DNA of 64,000 nt from an uncultured Actinomycetes bacterium. GTDB lineage: Bacteria; Actinomycetota; Thermoleophilia; Gaiellales; JAICJC01. The notes under the pieces were generated by a model. It had not been told where the DNA came from and searched no databases. It was given only the letters and a program-made list of their open reading frames with translations. The translations under genes and the position numbers were made by a program. This document shows positions 49,001-57,362 of this stretch, one piece after another; within the stretch, counting starts at the first letter, position 1; each line of letters opens with the position of its first letter. The stretch lies in contig CAWDUU010000012.1 of assembly GCA_963805545.1 (NCBI GenBank), positions 6,968 through 70,967 on the forward strand, written 5' to 3'.

Positions 49001-49141
49001 ATGGCCGGCCAGGAGATCGCCCATCCCATCGCCGTCGTCGTCGTCGGCGGCCTCGTCACGACGACGCTCGTCGTCGCGTTCCTGATCCCCGCCCTCTACC
49101 TGTCCACGATCAACGGGAGGACGCACGATGCCGCGTCGTAA
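46043..49141 (+). CDS. RND efflux permease subunit A (AcrB/CzcA-like, partly degenerate)
   Basis: 1032 aa; D.LPEFAPP.IEVQTEA.GLS..EVE; VDDAV; ALTVTPAL; GGLVTTTL. Confidence 0.9.
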   Translation: MLGWIVGSSLRFRLLAVALAAAVLAAGANQARQMSVDSLPEFAPPMIEVQTEALGLSAPEVEDLVTLNLEELLNGTPWLTNVHSTSVPGLSSILLTFEPGTDVLRARQLVQERLALSFAIPNVAKPPVIIQPLSTTNRVMMVGLSSKTVSPIEMGILARWNIRPALLAVPGVANVSIWGQRERQLQVQVQPERLLANHITLDQIVRTTGNAMWVSPLTFLQASTPGSGGWIDTPQQRLEVRHIFPITTAGDLSKVTVDGAAPLRLSDVADVVEDHQPLIGDAVLTGGEDSLIVIEKFPNANTLEVTRGVERALDDLRPGLAGIRIDTSIARPATFIDESIDNLTLAAVIGAILLVAALGALLFEWRAALVAALAVPVSLMAGLLVLDLRGDSINLMVIAGFAIALAVLVDDAVNSTNAIATRLREDRAAGRPPALTTAVVEASAASRRGLAYATLVALLPLLPFLFAEGVDHAVAEPLVLSYVLAVLASALVALTVTPALAYLLYMRGGGGRESPVVRRVAAAYGPFLERALARPPAVFGAAAVAVILAVAAGPSFDQSLLPSFHDPAVVVRWSAAAGTSEPEMARITTRVTNDIRHIPGVANVGAHVGRAVLGDQVVDVNSAELWVSIDPGADYRATVSRVRDTMAAYPGIAQSVSSYLDDRVHHFDAGPPDDITVRVFGPSFETLGETAARVRDMVTGIDGVSTARMDTRLDQPNIEVEVDLEKAKRYGLKPGDVRRAAATMLAGLEVGSLFEQQKVFQVTVWSTPGSRGSVSGIENLVIDTPSGGHVRLADVAGVRIAPTPTVIQRDEVSRRIDIGVGVSGRDPGSVAADINQRLQTASFPLEYHAEVVGNYKSADSLHRRMFGAGLAAAIGILLLLQAAFQSWRLAGLVFLTLPAALSGGILAAFVAQDGMSLGAFAALLAVLAIAARGIVSLVERYQVLEDEGMEPGVGLVVRGAGERLPAILIPAVASAAALLPLIVTGTMAGQEIAHPIAVVVVGGLVTTTLVVAFLIPALYLSTINGRTHDAAS

Positions 49142-49838
49142 CCGCACCGCACTCCTGCTCCTTCTGGTCGCCGTGGCGCCGGCGGCGACGGCCTGCGGCT
49201 ACTCGGCTCCGGCCGAGGGCGAGGGCGACGAGCCGGCCAGGGTCGAGGCGATCGAGGACTCCGACCTGAGCAAGGTCGTCCTCACCGAGGACGCGGCAAA
49301 GCGCATCGGGCTCGAGACGGCGAGGGTCACGATGCAGAACGTCGCCGAGGGGCTCGTGGTGAGCGGCCGGGCGGAGCAGGGCCCGGCCGGCGCCGGCTCG
49401 GTGCTCGTCCGGGTGTCGCTTCCGGCCGCCGAGCGCGCGAAGGTCGACCTCGCCCAGCCCGCGCGTGTCGCGGCCGCAGGCGGCGTGCTCGTCGCGCCCG
49501 TCCTGGGCGATCCGGCCGCGGGAGGCGCGCTCGTCTACGAGCTCCAGGGCGCCGGCGACGCGGTCCGCCCGGGGCAGGCGGTCAGGGTCGAGCTCCGGTT
49601 CACCGGTGCCGGCGAGCGGCTGACGATCCCGTACTCGGCCGTCATCTACGGCGTCGAGGGAGGTGTCTGGACGTACACCAGCACCGGGCCGCTGACCTTC
49701 GTCCGTGCGCCGATCACGGTCGCCGAGATCCAGGGCGATACCGCCGTCCTCCGCCAGGGCCCGCCCGCGGGCACCGAGGTCGTGACGGTCGGCGGCGAGG
49801 AGCTGCTCGGCACGGAATTCGCGATCGAGGGCGAGTGA
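49128..49838 (+). CDS. Lipoprotein resembling a truncated membrane-fusion/adaptor protein
   Basis: Lipobox-like ATAC; VVLTEDAAKRIGLETA; IPYSAVIY...WTY...FVR...GTEVVTVG. Confidence 0.75.
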   Translation: MPRRNRTALLLLLVAVAPAATACGYSAPAEGEGDEPARVEAIEDSDLSKVVLTEDAAKRIGLETARVTMQNVAEGLVVSGRAEQGPAGAGSVLVRVSLPAAERAKVDLAQPARVAAAGGVLVAPVLGDPAAGGALVYELQGAGDAVRPGQAVRVELRFTGAGERLTIPYSAVIYGVEGGVWTYTSTGPLTFVRAPITVAEIQGDTAVLRQGPPAGTEVVTVGGEELLGTEFAIEGE

Positions 49839-49881
49839 CCGTACGGGCGAACCCGAGACGGGCGGGGGAGGCGCGCCGCGC

Positions 49882-52800
49882 ATGATGCGCTGGATCGTCC
49901 GCTCGAGCCTGCACTTCCGGTTCATCGTCGTCGCGCTGGCGGTCGGGATGGTGGCGTTCGGAGCAACGCGGGTCAGCAACATGCCCGTGGACGTCTTCCC
50001 GGAGTTCGCGCCGCCGTTCGTCGAGGTGCAGACCGAGGGCCTCGGCATGTCGACCGAGGAGGTCGAGACGCTCATCACCATCCCGATGGAGCAGGCGCTC
50101 AACTCCACGCCGGGCCTCGAGACGATGCGCTCGGCGACCGTCCCGGGCCTCTCGGCGATCACACTGATCTTCGACCGCGGGACGGACCCGCTCGAGGCCC
50201 GCCAGCTCGTGAACGAGCGGGTCGCGACCGCGATCCCCAGCCTGCCGTCGTCGGCCGGCATCCCCTGGACGCTCCAGCCGCTCTCGGCCACGAGCCGGGC
50301 GATGAAGATCGGCCTCACCTGCGACGGCTGCAACCTGACGGACCTCTCGATGATCGCGTACTGGACGATGCGGTGGCGGCTCATGGCCGTGCCCGGGGTC
50401 GCCAACGTCGTGATCTGGGGCGACCGCTGGAAGCAGCTCCAGTTCCAGATGGACCCCGCCAAGCTGCGCGCCCACCACATGACGATCGACGAGGCGATGT
50501 CGGTGGCGTCGGACGCGCTCGACTTCGGCCTTCTCAAGTACACGGACGCCGCCAAGAACCGGGTGGGGGGCTTTATCGAGACGCCGAACCAGCGGCTCGG
50601 GATCCATCACGTCCTGCCGGTGTTCACCCCCACCTCGCTCGCCAACGTGACGGTGTCCGGCAGGACCGACACCGACGGGACGCCGCTCACGCTCGCCGAC
50701 CTGGGCACGATGACCTGGGGCCATCAGCCGCTCTTCGGCGACGCGGTCATCAACGACCACCAGGGCCTCCTGATGGTCGTCGAGAAGTTCCCCTGGGCCA
50801 ACACCCTCGACGTGACCCGCGGCATCGACCAGGCGCTCGACCAGATGCGCCCGGGCCTGCCGGGGATCCACATCGACAACCACATCTTCCGGCCCGCCGA
50901 GTTCATCGAGATCTCGATCTCGAACCTGACCGACGCGCTGCTCCTGGGGACGCTGCTCGTCGTGCTCGTCCTCGTCGCGTTCCTCTTCGAGTGGCGGGCG
51001 GCCGTCATCAGCCTCGCGGCGATCCCGCTGTCGCTGATGGCCGCCGCGCTCGTCCTCTACGCCACCGGCGCGACGATCAACACGATGGTCCTGGCTGGGT
51101 TTGTTATCTCGGTCGGGGTGGTCGTCGACGACGCGATCATCGACATCGAGAACATCGTCCGCCGCCTGCGCCTGAACCGCGTCTCCGAATCGCCCAGGCC
51201 CGTCATGTCGGTGGTGCTCGAGGCCTCGCTCGAGGTGCGGCGGGCGATCGTCTACGCGACGCTCATCATCGTGCTCGCGGTCATGCCGGTGTTCTTCATC
51301 ACGAGCGTGTCGGGCGCGTTCTTCCGGCCGCTCGTCACGTCGTACGGCCTGGCCGTGCTGGCGTCCATGGCCGTCGCGCTCACCGTGACCCCGGCGCTGG
51401 CGCTGCTCCTGCTCGCCCGCGCGCCGCTCGACGAGAAGCAGCCACCGCTCGTGCGGATCCTCCAGAGGGTTTACGTCGCGGCCCTCGGCCGGGTCGTGCG
51501 CACGCCGATGCTGGTCGTCGGCGCCACCGCCGCCACGCTGGTGGCCGGCGTGGCGGTCACGCCCCACCTGGGCGAGTCGCTCTTCCCGACGTTCAAGGAG
51601 CGCGACTTCCTCGCGCTCTGGGTGACCCGTCCGGGCACGGGCCACCAGGAGGTTGTGCGCATCGTCGAGCGGGCGAGCCGCGACCTCCGCTCGATCCCGG
51701 GCGTCCGCGGGTTCGGCGCGCACATCGGCCGGGCGGTGCAGGGCGAGGAGGTCAACGGCATCAACTTCGCCGAGGACTGGCTGAGCCTCAGCCCGCACGC
51801 CGACTACGACAGGACGCTCGCGCGGATCCAGGAAACCGTCGCCGCATACCCGGGCCTCTTCCGCGAGCAGACGACCTACCTGAACGAGCGCATCGACGAG
51901 GTCGTGGCGGGGTCGAGCGAGGCGATCACCGTGCGGATCTTCGGACCCAACCTCGAGACGCTGCGCGACGAGGCCCACCAGGTGCATTCGGCGCTCAAGG
52001 GGATCGACGGCGTCGTCGACCTGCGCACCGAGCTCCAGGTGGACGTCCCGTACATCCGCGTAAGGCCCGATCTCAGGAAGGCGGCGAACCACGGGTTGAA
52101 GCCCGGCGACATCCGCCGGGCGGCGGCGGCGATCGTGGCCGGCGACGAGGTGAGCGACCTGCACGTCGACAACAAGGTGTACGACATCATCGCGTGGAGC
52201 GTTCCGGAGGCCCGCAGCGACGTGCAGAGCATCCGCGACCTGCCGCTCGACACGCCCGGCGGCGGCCACGTCAAGATGTCGGACGTCGCAGACGTGAGCG
52301 TCCGCCCGACCCCCAACAAGATCTCGCGGGAGGACAACTCCCGCCGGATCGATGTCGCCATGAACGTGAGCGGCCGCGACCTTGGCTCGGTGGTTGCCGA
52401 CGTGAAGGATCACCTCCAGGACGTGAAATTCCCGCACGAGTATCACTACGACGTCCTGGGCGAGTTCCAGGAGCGCCAGGCGGCACAGGGACGCCTCCTC
52501 GCCTTCGGCCTGGCGGCCGCGATCGGCATCCTGCTCCTGCTCCAGACCTGCATCGGCAGCTGGCGCGTGGCGACGTTCTCGTTCCTCACCCTGCCGCTGG
52601 CGCTCGTCGGCGGCGTTCTGGCGGCGTTCGCAGCGGGCGGCGTGATCTCCCTCGGATCGCTGGTCGGCTTCCTGACCGTCTTCGGGATCGCGGCCCGAAA
52701 CGGCATCCTGCTCGTCAACCACTACCAGCACCTTGAGGCTGTCGAGGGCCAGCCCTTCGGCGTGGAGCTCGTGCTGCGCGGGTCGCGCGAGCGGCTCGCG

Positions 52801-53001
52801 CCGATCCTGATGACGGCTCTCGCGACAGGCCTCGCGCTCGTCCCGCTCGTCATCTCAGGTGAGATCCCGGGCGCCGAGATCGAGTACCCGATGGCCATCG
52901 TCATCCTCGGCGGCCTGGTCACCTCGACGCTGCTCAACCTCTTCCTCGTGCCGGCGCTCTACCTGCGTCTCGGACGCGCGCACGCCGACGCGGCGGCCTG
53001 A
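49882..53001 (+). CDS. RND efflux permease subunit B (AcrB/CzcA-like)
   Basis: 1039 aa; GVVVDDAIIDIENI, GIAARNGILL, ERLAPILMTA, GGLVTSTLL. Confidence 0.93.
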   Translation: MMRWIVRSSLHFRFIVVALAVGMVAFGATRVSNMPVDVFPEFAPPFVEVQTEGLGMSTEEVETLITIPMEQALNSTPGLETMRSATVPGLSAITLIFDRGTDPLEARQLVNERVATAIPSLPSSAGIPWTLQPLSATSRAMKIGLTCDGCNLTDLSMIAYWTMRWRLMAVPGVANVVIWGDRWKQLQFQMDPAKLRAHHMTIDEAMSVASDALDFGLLKYTDAAKNRVGGFIETPNQRLGIHHVLPVFTPTSLANVTVSGRTDTDGTPLTLADLGTMTWGHQPLFGDAVINDHQGLLMVVEKFPWANTLDVTRGIDQALDQMRPGLPGIHIDNHIFRPAEFIEISISNLTDALLLGTLLVVLVLVAFLFEWRAAVISLAAIPLSLMAAALVLYATGATINTMVLAGFVISVGVVVDDAIIDIENIVRRLRLNRVSESPRPVMSVVLEASLEVRRAIVYATLIIVLAVMPVFFITSVSGAFFRPLVTSYGLAVLASMAVALTVTPALALLLLARAPLDEKQPPLVRILQRVYVAALGRVVRTPMLVVGATAATLVAGVAVTPHLGESLFPTFKERDFLALWVTRPGTGHQEVVRIVERASRDLRSIPGVRGFGAHIGRAVQGEEVNGINFAEDWLSLSPHADYDRTLARIQETVAAYPGLFREQTTYLNERIDEVVAGSSEAITVRIFGPNLETLRDEAHQVHSALKGIDGVVDLRTELQVDVPYIRVRPDLRKAANHGLKPGDIRRAAAAIVAGDEVSDLHVDNKVYDIIAWSVPEARSDVQSIRDLPLDTPGGGHVKMSDVADVSVRPTPNKISREDNSRRIDVAMNVSGRDLGSVVADVKDHLQDVKFPHEYHYDVLGEFQERQAAQGRLLAFGLAAAIGILLLLQTCIGSWRVATFSFLTLPLALVGGVLAAFAAGGVISLGSLVGFLTVFGIAARNGILLVNHYQHLEAVEGQPFGVELVLRGSRERLAPILMTALATGLALVPLVISGEIPGAEIEYPMAIVILGGLVTSTLLNLFLVPALYLRLGRAHADAAA

Positions 53002-53007
53002 GCCGGC

Positions 53008-53913
53008 TCACCCGGGCGCGGACGTCCGGACGGCCGGCAGGTACGTGAGGAAGGCGGCGCTCAGGTCGTCGTCGCCGTGCTCCTCGACGCCCGCGTCGAG
53101 CTGCCGGCGGGCGGCCGCGATCAAGGGGAGCTCGATCCCGCGGCGGCCCGCCGACTCCTCGACCAGGCGCGCATCCTTGGCGGCCAGCCGCAGGCTGAAC
53201 GACGGCTCGAACTCGCGCTCGATCATCGCGCCGCCCTTGGCCCGCAGGTAGGCCATGTCGAGCGGCCCGCCGCCGATCGCCTCGAACAGCAGGCCGGGAT
53301 CGAGCCCGGCGCCCTCGGCCAGGGCGATCGTCTCGGCCGCGCCCGCGACCGTCGTCACGATCCAGGTGTTCACGACCAGCTTGAGCAGCGTGCCGGCGCC
53401 CGCCTCGCCGACCCAGATGGTGCGGTTGCCGACCGCGTCGAACACCGGCTGTGCCCGGTCGCGCAGCTCGTCCGGTCCCGACGCGAGCACCACGAGGGCG
53501 CCCTCCTCCGCGGGCTGTTTCGTGCCGAGCACGGGCGCGTCCACAAACCCCAGATCGTGATCCAGCGCGAGCTCGGCGCAGCCCGCCGTCGCGTCCTCGC
53601 CGATCGTGCTCATCTGAAGCCAGAGCGAGTCGCCGCCTGCGGCCGCAAGTGCCCCGTCGCGGCCTTCCATGGCCGCCATGACCGCGCCGGCGTCCGAGAC
53701 CATCGAGAGGATCGTGTCGGCGCCCTGCGCTGCCGCCGCCGGTGTGTCGGCCAGCTCGGCGCCGGCCGCGGCGAGCGGCTCGGCCTTCTCGAACGTCCGG
53801 TTCCACGCCCGGACGCGGATGCCGTGCTTCAGGAGGTTCCGCGCCATCGCGAAGCCCATCGTCCCCCCTGCTCCGAGGACGGCCACGACCCGATTCATGC
53901 CGGAAGCGGTCAT
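53008..53913 (-). CDS. NAD(P)-dependent oxidoreductase, 3-hydroxyisobutyrate dehydrogenase family
   Basis: GAGGTMG, WNRT, FVDAPVLG, KLVVN, FSLRLAAKD. Confidence 0.9.
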   Translation of the reverse strand: MTASGMNRVVAVLGAGGTMGFAMARNLLKHGIRVRAWNRTFEKAEPLAAAGAELADTPAAAAQGADTILSMVSDAGAVMAAMEGRDGALAAAGGDSLWLQMSTIGEDATAGCAELALDHDLGFVDAPVLGTKQPAEEGALVVLASGPDELRDRAQPVFDAVGNRTIWVGEAGAGTLLKLVVNTWIVTTVAGAAETIALAEGAGLDPGLLFEAIGGGPLDMAYLRAKGGAMIEREFEPSFSLRLAAKDARLVEESAGRRGIELPLIAAARRQLDAGVEEHGDDDLSAAFLTYLPAVRTSAPG

Positions 53914-54004
53914 GGAGGTGCGGTTCCCCCGGGGCCCGGTTGCGAAACGGCCGGTTCGGATGCGCGGGAAGCGGGTAGAGGACGGTGGATGATGCGCCTC
54001 ATGC

Positions 54005-54808
54005 TCAAGATGCTCGCCGACGACGTCCGCCCGGCATGGGCGCGGCCTCGCGAAACGGCCCCGCGCGCGCCGCGGACGCCGGTGCGACCGCAAGCAGCCG
54101 TGCGAGCTGCTCGGCGTTCTTCACTGCGAACGCCTCCCAGTCGTTGTTGAAGTACGCGTAGACGTCGCCGGCTCGTGCCCACGCGCGGATCCGCCGTGAC
54201 CAGCTCTCGAGCTCGCGGTCGGAGTAGTTGCCGCGCCGCCCGCGGTGTCCGTGGTGGAAACGAACGTACACCCATCCCGCCGTCCGGACGGTGGTCTGGA
54301 ACGGCCGCTCGGGATGATCGCCGACGACGAGCGCCACGTCGTGCTCGCGAAGAATCTCCATCACGGCCGGCACGAACCACGACGGGTGGCGGAACTCGAT
54401 GCAATTGCGGAGGTCGCGAGGGACCTCGGCGAGCGCCGCCGAGAGGCGCTCGTCGTCGCGTGCGAACGTGGCCGGTAGCTGCCACAGCAGGGGGCCGAGC
54501 TTCCCCGCGTCGATGAGCGGCTGGACCCGGCCGAGCAGCCGTTCCATACCGCGCCCGACCTCGGTCAGACGCCGGATGTGGGTCAGGTAGCGGCTCACCT
54601 TTACGGCGAAACAGAATCCGTCCGGCGTCTGGCCGGCCCAGCCGGCGACCGCCGATCGCCGCGGGAGCCGGTAGAACGTCGAGTTGACCTCGACGCTGTC
54701 GAAGCGCTCGGCGTATCGCTCGAGCCACGCCCGCGCGGGTGCGCCGTCGTACACGGGCTCTCGCCAGTGGTCGTAGCTCCAGCCGCTGGAGCCCAGGCGG
54801 ACCGTCAT
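54005..54808 (-). CDS. DUF72 family protein
   Basis: G.SGWSY..W, VEVNSTFYRLP, LWQLP, EFRHPSW, YVRFH, YFNND. Confidence 0.93.
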   Translation of the reverse strand: MTVRLGSSGWSYDHWREPVYDGAPARAWLERYAERFDSVEVNSTFYRLPRRSAVAGWAGQTPDGFCFAVKVSRYLTHIRRLTEVGRGMERLLGRVQPLIDAGKLGPLLWQLPATFARDDERLSAALAEVPRDLRNCIEFRHPSWFVPAVMEILREHDVALVVGDHPERPFQTTVRTAGWVYVRFHHGHRGRRGNYSDRELESWSRRIRAWARAGDVYAYFNNDWEAFAVKNAEQLARLLAVAPASAARAGPFREAAPMPGGRRRRAS

Positions 54809-54890
54809 CGCGGTGCTTCTACCCCGCGTGGCGCCGGTACACGCAGGCCCCGGTGTTTTGGCGGCCCGGTGACCTGGGTAGCCGGTTTCG

Positions 54891-55775
54891 ATGATCGGGC
54901 TTCCAACGGGCGATGCGCGCCGCGTCGCCGTCGCCGCGCTGGCGTTCGTTGCGGCGTGGATCGTGGCGCGATCCGGCGCGCGGATCGGCGCGTGGATCCT
55001 GAACCGCCAGGAGCGGCGGCTCGAGAGCGACGACTCGACCGGCGTCATCGCCGGGATGAAGCGGCGCGAGACGGCGCTCTCGCTGATCCAGACGACGATC
55101 CGGTACCTGGCTTACCTGGCGGCCACGCTCGTCCTCCTCAGCCAGGTGAGCGGCCGGACGTTCACCACGGTCGCCGGCGCGTCGCTGCTCGTCGTCCTGA
55201 TCGGCTTCGCCGGGCAGCGGTTCCTGACCGACATCCTGACCGGCGTCTTCATGCTCTTCGAGGGCTGGTACGCGGTGGGGGACACGGTCGTCATCGAGCC
55301 GTGGGGCGTGGCGGGCGTCGTCGAGGAGTTCGGCCTGCGCTCGACCCGGCTGCGCGCCCTCTCGGGTGACGTGATCAGCGTCCACAACTCCAATGTGATG
55401 GTCGCGCGCCGGATCCCGCGCGGCTCGCGCGAGGTGCAGATCGAGGTCTACGTGAACGACGAGGCGGCCGGCCGGGAGCTCTTCGAGGACATCGTGCGGC
55501 TCGTGCCGGTCGGACCGACGAACTTCATCCAGCCGCCGTGGATCCGCGGTGTTGACGTGATCGACCCCGACCTGGTCCGGATCAGCGCCGGCGCGTTCGT
55601 GCCGCCCGGGCGTGAGTGGCTCGCCGGCGACCTGATCCAGAGCCTGCTCCATGAGCGCGGCGAGGGGCTCGTGGTCCACGGCCCGGTCGTGACCGAGGTC
55701 GACGCAGCCGCGACCGCCCGGTTCCAGCGCGCCACGTCGCTCTCGCGGGCGGCCGGATCCCGGGCGGGCGGGTAG
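54891..55775 (+). CDS. MscS-family mechanosensitive channel
   Basis: IGFAGQ..LTDILTGVFMLFE...VGD...GVVEEFGLRSTRLR. Confidence 0.88.
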   Translation: MIGLPTGDARRVAVAALAFVAAWIVARSGARIGAWILNRQERRLESDDSTGVIAGMKRRETALSLIQTTIRYLAYLAATLVLLSQVSGRTFTTVAGASLLVVLIGFAGQRFLTDILTGVFMLFEGWYAVGDTVVIEPWGVAGVVEEFGLRSTRLRALSGDVISVHNSNVMVARRIPRGSREVQIEVYVNDEAAGRELFEDIVRLVPVGPTNFIQPPWIRGVDVIDPDLVRISAGAFVPPGREWLAGDLIQSLLHERGEGLVVHGPVVTEVDAAATARFQRATSLSRAAGSRAGG

Positions 55776-55783
55776 CTCAGCGC

Positions 55784-56326
55784 CTACGCGCCCGGTCCCG
55801 GCGGCGGGTCGGACGCCGGGAACGAGGCGGCCAGCGTCTCGTCGCGGTCGCGATCGCCGGCCGCAGGCGAGAACGGCGCTGCGCCGTTCTTCTGCATCTG
55901 GCAGACGGCCCGGTAGCCGGCATAGGTGCCGGCGCCGACCAGGCCGACGGCCAGGACGGCACGGCCGAAGCGGCGGCGGCGCCTCTTCGGGTGCGCCGCA
56001 GCCCCATAGCCGCTTGCCATCGCCGCGGCGGCGCGGCGGAGCTCGTCGCGCAGTTTCTCGTCGGCAACGGCGTCGCGCGTGCTCGTGTCGCGAAGCCGCG
56101 ATGCGGCCTTGCCGAGCGCGTCGCGACCGACCCGGAACTGCTCCTGCACCTCAGGGTCCTGCGCGGCGTCGCGGGTGCGGCGGGCGATGTCCGGGGCGTG
56201 CCGGGCGGCCGCCACCACCATCGCCGCGCGCCGGGGGTGTTTCACGACCTTCCACCCCCACCTCGCGGCCGTCCGCGGGTGCCGGCGGACGAACCAGAGG
56301 CCTACATGTGTGCGTGGTTTCTGCAT
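55784..56326 (-). CDS. Hypothetical protein with one TM and C-terminal SFPASDPP motif
   Basis: DETLAASFPASDPP; SigB-type promoter 10 nt upstream. Confidence 0.7.
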   Translation of the reverse strand: MQKPRTHVGLWFVRRHPRTAARWGWKVVKHPRRAAMVVAAARHAPDIARRTRDAAQDPEVQEQFRVGRDALGKAASRLRDTSTRDAVADEKLRDELRRAAAAMASGYGAAAHPKRRRRRFGRAVLAVGLVGAGTYAGYRAVCQMQKNGAAPFSPAAGDRDRDETLAASFPASDPPPGPGA

Positions 56327-56420
56327 GCGCGAATGATTACCCCCAACTCTGGCGGGGAAACCCCCACCGTGCGAACCATAGGCGTATGCCCTCCGCCGGG
56401 GGCCGTATGATCGCCCGCGC

Positions 56421-56816
56421 ATGTACGACACGCTCCTCTTCCTGCACGTCCTGAGCGCCTTCCTCCTGGTGGCGGTGCTCGGCCTGTACTGGGCGGCGTA
56501 CCTCGCGGGGGCCCCGGGGTGGATCGCGCCGCTCGGAAACCTGGCGTTCCCGCTCTGGGGCCTGGCGAGCGTCGCGGTGCTCGTGTTCGGGATCTGGCTC
56601 TCGTTCGACGTCTCGGTTTACAACCCGTGGGACGCCTGGATCGTCGCCGCCATCGTGCTCTGGCTCGTGCAGGGCGCGTTCGGAAGCAAGCTCTCGCAGG
56701 GCTACAAGAAGATGGCCGTGGGCGCGGGCGGGCGCCCCGACCTCATGGCGCACGTCGTCGCCACCGGCGCGGTGGTGTTGCTCCTCGTCGACATGGTCTG
56801 GAAGCCGGGCGCATGA
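56421..56816 (+). CDS. DUF2269-like four-TM protein
   Basis: LLFLHVL...FGIWL...WI...DMVWKPG; TATGAT upstream. Confidence 0.75.
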   Translation: MYDTLLFLHVLSAFLLVAVLGLYWAAYLAGAPGWIAPLGNLAFPLWGLASVAVLVFGIWLSFDVSVYNPWDAWIVAAIVLWLVQGAFGSKLSQGYKKMAVGAGGRPDLMAHVVATGAVVLLLVDMVWKPGA

Positions 56817-57280
56817 CGTTCTTCCTGATCCGCCCCGACAGCTGGAACCTGCCGCTCTTCGTGCACGTGGCGGGGGCGATGGCGGTGACGGCGGCCGTGG
56901 TGGTCGCGGTCGGCGCGCTCGTGCTCGCCTGGCGGGCGACGGGTGAGGAGCGGGCCGCGATCACCGCGTTCGGGTTCCGCACGCTGCTCTACGCCGGCAT
57001 CCCGGCCTACTTCGTGATGCGGATCGGCGCCGAGTGGATCCTGAGCAAGGAGAACATCCCGACCGACAACGAGCCGGGCTGGGTCGGCACCGGCTATGCG
57101 ACGGCCGATCTCGGCGGCATCCTGATCCTCATCGCCACGATCCTGACGGGGCTCGGCATGCGCCGGCTCCGCGCCGGGGGCGGCGGCGGTGGGATGGCGA
57201 AGGCCGGCACCGTGCTCGCCACCTTGGTCGTCGCGCTCTACCTCGTCGCCATCTGGGCGATGACCACCAAGCCGAGCTGA
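56813..57280 (+). CDS. Four-TM protein, distant paralog of upstream gene
   Basis: LFVHVAGAM...WAMTTKP; ATGA overlap. Confidence 0.75.
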   Translation: MTFFLIRPDSWNLPLFVHVAGAMAVTAAVVVAVGALVLAWRATGEERAAITAFGFRTLLYAGIPAYFVMRIGAEWILSKENIPTDNEPGWVGTGYATADLGGILILIATILTGLGMRRLRAGGGGGGMAKAGTVLATLVVALYLVAIWAMTTKPS

Positions 57281-57362
57281 GGCCGCCGGCGACAACCGGG
57301 GCGCGTTCTCATCTTCCGGCCGTACTCTTGGTGAAGGATCGGAGAACGACCTGGGAGGCGTC

